Under the pieces are notes generated by a model. The model searched no databases. It saw only the letters and a list, made by a program, of their open reading frames with translations, and was not told the origin of the DNA. Position numbers and translations under genes: made by a program. A stretch of DNA of 31,584 bases from Tubiluchus corallicola (Eukaryota > Animalia > Priapulida): positions 1 through 31,584 of the forward strand of contig JAQGDQ010001635.1 in NCBI GenBank assembly GCA_030141605.1, written 5' to 3'. This document shows positions 11,513 through 21,276 of the stretch, piece after piece. Position 1 is the first letter of the stretch, and each line of letters opens with the position of its first letter.

Positions 11513-13195
11513 TTACTTCCATGCATTTTTTTCTGACTTATTTATTTGAACCTTGGTCACTTTTTTACCCCTGTTACAGAATATTATGCACAAGTCCAAT
11601 ATCAGCTCCAGTAACTGCCCTACTGCGATGATTGATACGCATATGTAGAGGCCAGCTAACCCTCCTACGTCTGCTCCAAAATCCAGCAAATGATACTGGT
11701 AATCCTCTTTGGTTTCGAACATAGTGTTGTCGAAGCGCACATTTATCTGACTAACCAGATCTGCGGGTTTACTGAACGTGCGAGTTTGACTATTCATGCT
11801 GTAAACAAATGTGCCATTGGGTAAAATTTCCTCAGGACCATCGTACAAGTGAAGATCAAAATGATCCACGATAGACTGAGCATAAGTTCCGTTCCTTCTA
11901 AACACTCTTGTCAGGTTTTTCATCTCTTCAGAAGAGAGATGCTGGCGTAAACTGAAGTATCGAAGCAAAATACCTTCCACATCTAACCGGTGAGCCTTTG
12001 TTCCACCAGTTGTGTATTTTCTTGTAATATATTCCTTGTTTTCACATAACCGAGGACAATTGCACAATGAAGTGGAATAATCGTCTTTATTGTAGAATTC
12101 TTTGCAAACATCTTTCGTATACTTGTTCCGCCATAGTCCACACGGTCTGACTGTTTCCTTGTCCGTTCCCAATGTCAGACGAACAAGTCTGTCTGTTATG
12201 GGCGCAGTAGAATCGTAACAATTGCATTTCAGCAATGCTTTCTTCAGCAGACATGTTTCCATGCACGTGGCAGGAGTGTAGTCTTTCCCATAGAAGTCTG
12301 CGTAGACATCGTAATGTTCGTTTTGTTCTTCTTCAGTTTCACCTGAGTAGGTGATACACTGTCTCGTTGAAGTGTTTAGTCGAGATATTGCGTTCTCTTG
12401 CACAATAATATCCACAGACGCATCGGCTAGCACTAATTCCATCATATTTTCGTCGGGTAACGTAAATGGGGGATGTAAGTTCACATAGAACCCGGGTTGA
12501 ATGGCGTTTGTGAATCTTGGCATATACTGAGTTCGTTTACTTACCAAGTTCGTGTATTCTCCCAGGATTGTTGGTAGGTAGTCATAGTATTTAACAGTTC
12601 CATACAATGTTATTCCAGACATGGCGTTAGTTATTTCAGTGTGGTAAAGTTTTTCGGGATTGCCATTGAAGGTTAAACAGAGGCCAAATTTCTTGGAATT
12701 GTACACTTCAACGTATCCGAGTTCCAACATTTCCTTTGTGGACATTTCCGTGTCGGCATCAGGTAACTTGAAAGTGACACGAGACAAAGGTGTTTCCTGC
12801 TTCGGACGTGCCTGAAGAAACCTATTGACAGTTCTTCTAAATTCCATTGGGTTGTAGGCGTCTTGACTTAGGTTTTCTTGCTGTACTTCCCGCAGGTAAG
12901 CGGCAAATGCTGTCAGCTCCACAGCATTGGCACTGCAAACGGTGACAGCTGGAAACAATATGTCAGCAAAAGTATCTACGCTCGTTTCTGTGATAACGAC
13001 CATTTCCAAATATTTCTCAAACAGTAGCGCCACCTGGTACAGAAATCCTACCAAAGCAGCAGCAAAAATGATAATCCAGAAAATCTGACGAAATCGGTTA
13101 CTCGCTCGCTTGATGTCGGCTATTCCGTGCATAGCTGTGTTGTCAGCAAAAACTGCAGCTCTTGTTAATCCACGGCTATAATGAGTGTTTTCCAT
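11513..13195 (-). CDS. DEG/ENaC (ASIC/ENaC-family) ion channel subunit, single uninterrupted ORF, ~560 aa
   Basis: Pre-TM1 FADNTAMHG (HG motif), TM1 IFWIIIFAAALVGFLYQV, FPAVTVC, GLCLTFN, Cys-rich thumb (CMETC...KCNC...CNCPRLC), TM2 ADVGGLAGLYICVSII. The likely start is ATG 13195 (ATCATGG, good Kozak context); ATG 13222 is an alternative. The ORF track's 13300 start is a GTG. AATAAA on the minus strand at 11400-11405. Confidence 0.93.
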   Translation of the reverse strand: MENTHYSRGLTRAAVFADNTAMHGIADIKRASNRFRQIFWIIIFAAALVGFLYQVALLFEKYLEMVVITETSVDTFADILFPAVTVCSANAVELTAFAAYLREVQQENLSQDAYNPMEFRRTVNRFLQARPKQETPLSRVTFKLPDADTEMSTKEMLELGYVEVYNSKKFGLCLTFNGNPEKLYHTEITNAMSGITLYGTVKYYDYLPTILGEYTNLVSKRTQYMPRFTNAIQPGFYVNLHPPFTLPDENMMELVLADASVDIIVQENAISRLNTSTRQCITYSGETEEEQNEHYDVYADFYGKDYTPATCMETCLLKKALLKCNCYDSTAPITDRLVRLTLGTDKETVRPCGLWRNKYTKDVCKEFYNKDDYSTSLCNCPRLCENKEYITRKYTTGGTKAHRLDVEGILLRYFSLRQHLSSEEMKNLTRVFRRNGTYAQSIVDHFDLHLYDGPEEILPNGTFVYSMNSQTRTFSKPADLVSQINVRFDNTMFETKEDYQYHLLDFGADVGGLAGLYICVSIIAVGQLLELILDLCIIFCNRGKKVTKVQINKSEKNAWK

Positions 13196-14040
13196 GATCG
13201 TACCACTTTGATATCTTATCATAAAATAAGCAGTTGATGTGATCCAGCTTATACTTGAAGTCACAACTGCACGAATAATGAACTCAATACATGCGCCCAC
13301 TCTTTACCGACGTAGCAAAACAAGGTAGCCATGGTAGTAGCGCATAGGCAACGACCAATTTGTGATGATAAGTCGCTTATGCCATGTTGAGATTAATTGT
13401 AATTTCATAGATGGTTATGATATCTAGTGATTTATTTATGTAATCATCGTTGCTATTATTATGATTGCTATGAACGTTAGCGTTTTTGTTATTAATTTAG
13501 TCAACACGTCGCGCGCTATCCATCGTTTGTTACTTCACGTTTTGTATAAATTAAACGAAAATTATTTTAAATTTTTTTTCAGATGTTATTTCTTGTGTTA
13601 CTTTTTTGTCATTTGCTTTTCTTTTTATTATTTAACCCTCGACCGACAAGGGGTTTTTATATTACGATAAACACCAAGCGAGCTAATAAATTACCCTATG
13701 AAATCTTTTGTTTAATGTAAACCGGATCCAATCTTAAACTGTAGGTCAAAACAATCTACTCTTTAAAGTATTAAAAGGAAACATATATTTCAAACTATAT
13801 TTCAAAAATGACTTACGTGAAAGAATTATTACCACATAAACACGTTCGTACCGCTAGTTCTTCGCTGTTACCTGCATTTTGTCAACCGCCAGTTAGAAGG
13901 GTACAAGCGCCTGCATTTCGGAAACGCATTGCACAAAAAACAAGTGCTGTACCTCTCAGTTCAGATGTTGTTCGTTTGTGACGAACTACACACGTTCGAC
14001 AACTCACGCGTGAGCACAGTGGAAAAGTTGAAATGTGAAC

Positions 14041-14110
14041 TTTTATCTTAAAACTTGCCTAGTTTTAGTACAATACATTGAGTATCTTACAGCAGCACTG
14101 TACTTCAATT
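14041..14110 (-). repeat. Solo inverted 70-bp copy of the 150-bp array unit
   Basis: The reverse complement matches AATTGAAGTACAGTGCTACTGTAAGATACTCAGTGTGTTGTACTAAAACTAGGCAAGTTTTAAGATAAAA at 67/70 positions. Confidence 0.9.
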
Positions 14111-14596
14111 TTCGTTTGCGCAAACACGCGCAACACGCTCGCGGAATATTTTTGCTTTTGAAAAGTGTGTTCGTTTGTGATCTAATTATCAGAAACGCTT
14201 TTGCAGTATTTATTGTGTTAAAATCTATAATTTTCATCGGACTTGAAAATGGCGTAGTATAGAAAAATGATCCTGTCTTGCTTTAATATATGTTACTAAC
14301 TGGATAGAATGACCAACTAGTAACTGGGGTGCTCCCGGTACTACAAAACCAAGTTCTGTGGCAAGATGGCACAGATATATAAGAGCACAAAGGAAAAGAG
14401 GCATTCCACCATTGCAGTATATTGTTTATGAACAGTTTATCAAGTGTTGTGACAATTCTTCTAATACGCTAATGATGTTCACTGTTTAATACTGAGTCAT
14501 CAACTCTGTCTTCACTTGCAGAATCCTCTAAATTTTTATCCTAATCAAGTTCAAGCTTAGCCACGTGTGCAGCAAAAGTTCTCCCTGTATTACTAA

Positions 14597-15785
14597 ACAG
14601 TGCTACTGTAAGATGCTCAGTGTGTTGTACTAAAACTAGGCAGGTTTTAAGATAAAAATTCAAATGCAATTGGTGATGTGCAAAACTTCACAGTTGCCAA
14701 TGTAAACAACTCAAAAATTTTGTTTACATAAAAGACCAATTGAAGTACAGTGCTACTGTAAGATGCTCAGTGTGTTGTACTAAAACTAGGCAAGTTTTAA
14801 GATAAAAATTCAATGCAATTGGTGATGTGCAAAACTTCACAGTTGCCAATGTAAACAACTCGAAAATTTTGTTTACATAAAAGACTAATTGAAGTACAGT
14901 GCTACTGTAAGATACTCAGTGTGTTGTACCAAAACTAAGCAAGTTTTAAGATAAAAATTCAAATGCAATTGGTGATGTGCAAAACTTCACAGTTGCCAAT
15001 GTAAACAACTCAAAAATTTTGCTTACATAAAAGACCAATTGAAGTACAGTGCTACTGTAAGATACTCAGTGTGTTGTACCAAAACTAAGCAAGTTTTAAG
15101 ATAAAAATTCAAATGCAATTGGTGATGTGCAAATCTTCACAGTTGCCAATGTAAACAACTCGAAAATTTTGCTTACATAAAAGACTAATTGAAGTACAGT
15201 GCTACTGTAAGATACTCAGTGTGTTGTACCAAAACTAAGCAAGTTTTAAGATAAAAATTCAAATGCAATTGGTGATGTGCAAATCTTCACAGTTGCCAAT
15301 GTAAACAACTCGAAAATTTTGCTTACATAAAAGACTAATTGAAGTACAGTGCTACTGTAAGATACTCAGTGTGTTGTACTAAAACTAGGCAAGTTTTAAG
15401 ATAAAAATTCAAAAGCAATTGGTGATTTGCAAAACTTCACAGTTGCCAATGTAAACAACTCGAAAATTTTGCTTACATAAAAGACTAATTGAAGTACAGT
15501 GCTACTGTAAGATACTCAGTGTGTTGTACTAAAACTAGGCAAGTTTTAAGATAAAAATTCAAAAGCAATTGGTGATTTGCAAAACTTCACAGTTGCCAAT
15601 GTAAACAACTCGAAAATTTTGCTTACATAAAAGACTAATTGAAGTACAGTGCTACTGTAAGATACTCAGTGTGTTGTACTAAAACTAGGCAAGTTTTAAG
15701 ATAAAAATTCAAAAGCAATTGGTGATTTGCAAAACTTCACAGTTGCCAATGTAAACAACTCGAAAATTTTGCTTACATAAAAGAC
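14597..15785. repeat. 150-bp tandem array, ~8 copies
   Basis: Unit ACAGTGCTACTGTAAGAT...GTAAACAACTC.AAAATTTTG.TTACATAAAAGAC.AATTGAAGT recurs every 149-150 bp. Confidence 0.96.
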
Positions 15786-16269
15786 GAAGGGGGTAATAAG
15801 TTACCCCACCTCATGTGGTATATGGCACTCGTTCTTCGTAAAAAAACACGAATAATACTTTTCAACAAAACTAAGATTTCATTGCATAATAAATTTAATC
15901 ACTACTAGATGGAAAATCTTTCGTTGTATGCATAAATATAAACGCGCTTGCAGACATTGCTGGGGTAATTTTTACCCCTCTCTGATCGACTAAGGGTTAA
16001 AGTGACTCGCTAGTTGCTGTGGCGTCGTAGCTAGTATTCACGTAGGAATTTATCACTATCGCTATGTGGCTTGGCAGCTAGTATGTTGTACACTAGTTCT
16101 TGGTATTCACGTAGGAATTTATCACTATGGCTATAACTTCTTGTTAACCTGTTAACTGCACAATAATTCATAAGATAATTACAGTCAGACCTCTATAACA
16201 CCGTCTCCCTTTATAATGCCAACCTCGCTTAATGTCCATATTTTCCACGAAACAGAGTCTACATTTGCA

Positions 16270-16378
16270 TGTGTGTATGTATGTATGTATGTATGTATGT
16301 ATGTATGTATGTATGTATGTATGTATGTATGTATGTATGTATGTATGTATGTATGTATGTATGTATATATGTATGTAT
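16270..16378. repeat. (TATG)n microsatellite
   Basis: Direct tetranucleotide run. Confidence 0.97.
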
Positions 16379-16901
16379 TAATGCACCTCGTTGTAACGCT
16401 AACTTTTGGCTAAGAAAACTAAAATTATTACTGTCCAGCCAGATCCAGAAACGCGCGTGTCATTACCGCTGTTGATATGACTATGACTATGACTATGATA
16501 ACCCTTTCTATCATTAATTACTGATTAAAACACGTCTCATGTCTTAATATATTGTAATATAATAAGAAATCCTGCTATTGGAACACTTGATCTAGCTCTC
16601 ATTCTTCGGTGATTAATCCTTTTATGCTGCTTGGTATTGTGATAAGAAGCCGTGCAAAAATGTATAGAAGGTTTGACCAACAGAATGCCTTGGAATGATT
16701 ACCACATTAAAGTTCACATTGACGTTGTACACGTTTACCAATAAATAGTGAAAATTTTATGCCATTTTCTTAGATTCCTTTAACGATAGGAATGACAACT
16801 GATAAAATTTACAGCAAGTGTCTCCATGTGTCCGCCATTTTCACTCCAAACTGGACGAAGGCGTTTCTTCTAACAGCTGACAGAGTTTCTCAGTTCTCCT
16901 T

Positions 16902-17630
16902 ATTGGGAGCGGAGTAGGACACTAGTCGATGTGGGACCATTGTCGTACATGGGCTGCTCAAGTAGGACACTAGAGACAGGTCACGAATTGAGTCGCTAAC
17001 CGTGCAGGTTATTGTCATTGTTTATTTAATAATAATAATAGAAAACTTTAAAACACGTTGAATAATTTATTATACATCTGATAAAATAAAAGAATCTTAT
17101 TCTGAGCTAGTAGAATGGCGAATATAAAGTTTGGCTTCGATATTAATGTTTTTGAAGTGAAACAAGCTCGCTTTTAGGCAATTCCAGCATTTGCTTAAGG
17201 TAAATTATTTTTTATTTTGTCTTACTTCACAGACAGGTGATCCTTTTCACTCCCTCTTGGACAAATAATTGTTTTCTACTAAGTAAATGAGCTAACGAGC
17301 TACGTGCCCTACAGTAAAGTATTAGATGCTTAGTTTAATTTAATGTTATGATGACATTAATGCAGGTAATAATAATGATGATATTATTTTTAAAAAATAC
17401 CTTTGTAAATTGTCAAGGACTATTCATCGTTACCATAAAGTTACTTTTTTGTGAAAAAAAATTAATTTTATGTTTCATTATGTCATAGATCTCGATTCTC
17501 GACAGAAATCGCTAGTGTCCTACTTGGGCTGCCCGTGTACGACACTGCTTTTCCGCAAATTTAGCGCATGCGCATTAGCGGAGGTATCCTACTTCGGCTA
17601 GTGGCGTACTCTGCGCGCTACACTCCTAAT
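16902..17630. mobile_element. MITE-like element with long imperfect inverted repeats (unclassified)
   Basis: 16941-16973 TGTCGTACATGGGCTGCTCAAGTAGGACACTAG matches the reverse complement of 17512-17544 at 30/33. A looser outer pair lies at ~16907-16936 / ~17587-17616. AT-rich interior; exact ends and TSD unclear. Confidence 0.6.
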
Positions 17631-18065
17631 CCAAATGTTTCATTACCTGGTTATGATGAGCCATACAGACATGATAGACCGACATCGTATGCATTGAGGG
17701 GTGGTGGTGGTGCTGTTTATGTTTAACGTTCACAAACGAGATTAAAAGATTGTAATGTATACGCTCAAACCAAAGTTGCGTTCCCATATCTATGTTAGCT
17801 TATTCTGCAAAAATTCAAATTTTCTGTAGTCTACAATTACTACATCTACAAAACTACTGAAATAAGTGCTAGAAAATAAGTGCTACAGATTACTACGTTA
17901 CACTAAAAAGCTAAAATGCATACATACATTGTTGGTCCAATATTGAGTCGAGAAAAAGCCAGAATGTCAGTAAAAGGTAGCAGTATAATTATAAGTCAAA
18001 TTTTAAATGTAACAGAGACGTGTGTACATAACAAGTTCCACCTATACGATGTCAGAGTAGAAAAA

Positions 18066-19032
18066 GTAGTCTAGAGGTTGAGCTACAGTCTAATATATTG
18101 TGGCTTCCAATGCATATACTATCTTGGGAAGGGGTAGTCTAGCTTGTTGAACTACAGTCTAATATATTGTGGCTTCTAATGCATATACTACCTTTTGAAG
18201 GGGTAGTCTAGCTTGTTGAACTACAGTCTAATATATTGTGGCTTCTAATGCATATACTACCTTGGGAAGGGGTAGTCTAGCTTGTTGAACTACAGTCTAA
18301 TATATTGTGGCTTCTAATGCATATACTACCTTGGGAAGGGGTAGTCTAGCTTGTTGAGCTACAGTCTAATATATTGTGGCTTCTAATGCATATACTACCT
18401 AGGGAAGGGGTACTCTAGCTTGCTGAACTACAGTCTAATATATTGTGGCTTCTAATGCATATACTACCTTGGGAAGGGGTAGTCTAGCTTGTTGAACTAC
18501 AGTCTAATATATTGTGGCTTCTAATGCATATACTACCTTGGGAAGGGGTAGTCTAGCTTGTTGAACTACAGTCTAATATATTGTGGCTTCTAATGCATAT
18601 ACTACCTTTTGAAGGGATAGTCTAGCTTGTTGAACTACAGTCTAATATATTGTGGCTTCTAATGCATATACTACCTTTTGAAGGGGTAGTCTAGCTTGTT
18701 GAACTACAGTCTAATATATTGTGGCTTCTAATGCATACACTACCTTGGGAAGGGGTAGTCTAGCTTGTTGAACTACAGTCTAATATATTGTGGCTTCTAA
18801 TGCATATACTACCTTGAGAAGGGGTAGTCTAGCTTGTTGAACTACAGTCTAATATATTGTGGCTTCTAATGCATATACTACCTTGGGAAGGGGTAGTCTA
18901 GCTTGTTGAACTACAGTCTAATATATTGTGGCTTCTAATGCATATACTACCTTTTGAAGGGATAGTCTAGCTTATTGAACTACAGTCTAATATATTGTGG
19001 CTTCTAATGCATATACTACCTTGAGAAGAGGT
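18066..19032. repeat. 69-bp tandem array, ~14 copies
   Basis: Unit GGGGTAGTCTAGCTTGTTGAACTACAGTCTAATATATTGTGGCTTCTAATGCATATACTACCTTGGGAA, period 69. Confidence 0.96.
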
Positions 19033-19190
19033 AATGGACCAAAACATTTGTACCTGCAACAAAGATGTTGAAAGCGATTGTTACGCTGAAAATGTCTGGT
19101 TTTAAAAATTCATACCCAAGCCAAAACTCTTTGCAGTTTATTATCGTCCACTCGTTTGTTCTGATAATACTGTGACTGATTTTATATCAG

Positions 19191-19828
19191 GACCATACAC
19201 CACCAATATTTAAAAGACTAAACTTTCTAAACATTTATGACATTAATAAGTTCCAAACTGCCATTTTCATGTACAAGTTCTCTCATAAATTATTGCCTCC
19301 CTTATTTACTGATTATTTTTGTTTGAATGCTGAGATACATAATTACGGCACACGTTATAGACTTAACTATCACTACATACAGTGCAACACAAATGTTAGA
19401 AAATTTTCTATTAAATACAATGGCCCTTACATATGGAATTCAATTGCTCCAGCTATTAAAAATGCCAACTCGCTGTCCATATTTAAAAAAATGATAAATT
19501 AAACTTACTTGAAACATATAACTGATCACTCAATCATGATTTGTTGTTTTTCATTTTCAAAAACTTCCCCTCTAGTATAATAATATTTTTATTACTTCCC
19601 ACCCGTATTTATATTTGTATATATTGTAATATTGTATCTGTATATATTGTAATTTTTTCGTAACTAATTGTAGTGGCCTACCATAAGCTAGCTTCTTTGG
19701 TCTCTAGCGCAGAATTCATGAATTGTATCATATTTTGTATTAACAAAAACTGATTATCGATGCACATGTAATGTATATGTATATGTTTATTGCGAAATAA
19801 ATCTATAAAAAATTAAAATCTAAAAAAA
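19191..19828 (+). mobile_element. 5'-truncated LINE 3' end (CR1/L2/Crack-like) nested in the older LINE
   Basis: HTPPIFKRLNFLNIYDINKFQTAIFMYK...HNYGTR...FSIKYNGPYIWNSI is a typical LINE ORF2 C-terminus. It is followed by a 3' UTR, AATAAA and an A-rich tail, and flanked by ATCAG at 19186-19190 and 19829-19833. Confidence 0.85.
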
Positions 19829-20861
19829 ATCAGCTTTTGAAAACAGCGTTACCAAAGCAAGCCGCATTGCACTTGATATAATTAGAATAACTGGGGAATA
19901 TAATGTTAAAAATAGAAGGTGGTGCCAAGATGGCGACAAAAACAAATGTGCTACAGGGTTTCAAGAACTACTAACTGAAATAGATTTTACTCAGTTAGTT
20001 AACAGTCTTACACATCTTAGTTCGTGTATAGATCCACTAATTACAAACTTTCCTAATTATTTTACGTTATGGGGACCAGGCCCACCATTGGGAGGTGGAC
20101 ATCATTGCATTATATTTGGACAAGTTAACATCCAGCCTTATTTTCTTAAGAAATTCAATCGACTATTGCGGTTTTACGATCAAATAGATCAAGATAGAAT
20201 ACATGACACATTCATGTATGAATGATGTTCCTTGGCACGTCTCATATTCATATTCAAATGACGTAAATGAAATTTTTGCTAATTGGAGTCAGTTACTTAA
20301 AGCAAATTTACACGGAGGCCATTCCGAACAAAGTTGTTACAATGTTTCCTAAAAATAAGCCTTGGTATTGCAGGAATCTTTACTTAACTCGTAAAAAAGT
20401 GAATAGATTATACAAAAAAAAACGACCGGAATAATTACAAAAGATGACGCAATGGTTACAGACAGGCATGTAGAAAAGCAAAAGAAGTGCATGAGAATGA
20501 ACTTTTGAGCAAAATTAACAACGAATCCAACATCTCAGATCGACAATGGTGGAGTACTTCAAGACAATTGTTAGGTAGGAAAGCTGTTTCGTTTATACCA
20601 CCGTTAACGTTAATTGATCATGATAACGTCTATTATGATAAAAAAAATAAGGCTATATTATTATTTGAACACTTTGGTTCCATTAGTGATGTTAATACTT
20701 CTCAATTAACTTTGAATAATCTAGTTAGTGAAAATTTCGGTAACAGACTAACCATTTCTAGCATTAAGTGAATAATTAGCTGAAAAAAATTATAACTCTG
20801 TACTTATAAATGAATAAAGCACGTGGCTTTGGTGGCATCGCCACGAAAATTGTCAAGGATT

Positions 20862-21276
20862 TTTGTTTGTCAAATTTAATATAGCGTTTTACAGTTACAA
20901 GTGGCGACATCTGGCTTCAATATTTGCATCCTAGTCAATTTCCGGTCATTCAAGTTTAAATGTGTTCAAGTGATGACGTGTTTCTGTGTAACTCACGATT
21001 TAATGCCAACGATGTATGTAAATTTTATTTAGTTATTTACTGCAAGTCTCTCATTAATTTCACGTAATCGTAACCGTTAATTAGTTTGTTAACGGAGTTT
21101 ATATATCTTGTTTGAGATAAAATGCATAATTTTGGGCAATGGCGTCTCAGTGTCAGATATGAAGTAAATGCCTTAAGGGGCACGTGACGTGAAGACGGTA
21201 TACAAACAATAAACTGTTATGCTAAGCAAAAAATGATGACTTTGTTTGTCACCGTAGAGCCCAAACAAAAATGCTT
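20862..21276. mobile_element. ~0.4-kb non-coding insertion interrupting the LINE ORF2
   Basis: LINE protein similarity stops after ...IATKIVKD and resumes near 21290. There is an 11-bp direct repeat TTTGTTTGTCA (20862 and 21241) and a 14/15 inverted repeat (20855-20869 / 21262-21276), so the boundaries are ambiguous. Confidence 0.5.

Larger units (their letters stand above)
13632..16000. mobile_element. piggyBac-like non-autonomous element (TTAA-CCCT...AGGG-TTAA), probably a small MITE split by a ~2.1-kb insertion
   Basis: TTAACCCTCGACCGACAAGGGG at 13632 and CCCCTCTCTGATCGACTAAGGGTTAA ending at 16000. Subterminal palindromes GGGGTAATAAGTTACCCC (~15790) and GGGGTAATTTTTACCCC (15962). TIR match beyond 8 bp is imperfect. 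Confidence 0.55.

Noticed and set aside
13196-13300. N-terminal extension of the channel from the ORF-track start
   Set aside because: The 13300 start is GTG, unlikely in an animal gene. ATG 13195 has good Kozak context and a normal distance to the HG motif.
14597-15785. Hammerhead ribozyme in the 150-bp or 69-bp tandem units
   Set aside because: I found no CUGANGA...GAAA core with supporting stems on either strand by eye. A covariance-model search would be the definitive test.
16180-16255. TA-CAGTCAGACCTCTATAAC, a possible second pogo-like MITE end
   Set aside because: No partner TIR was found and the sequence runs into a microsatellite; too fragmentary to call.
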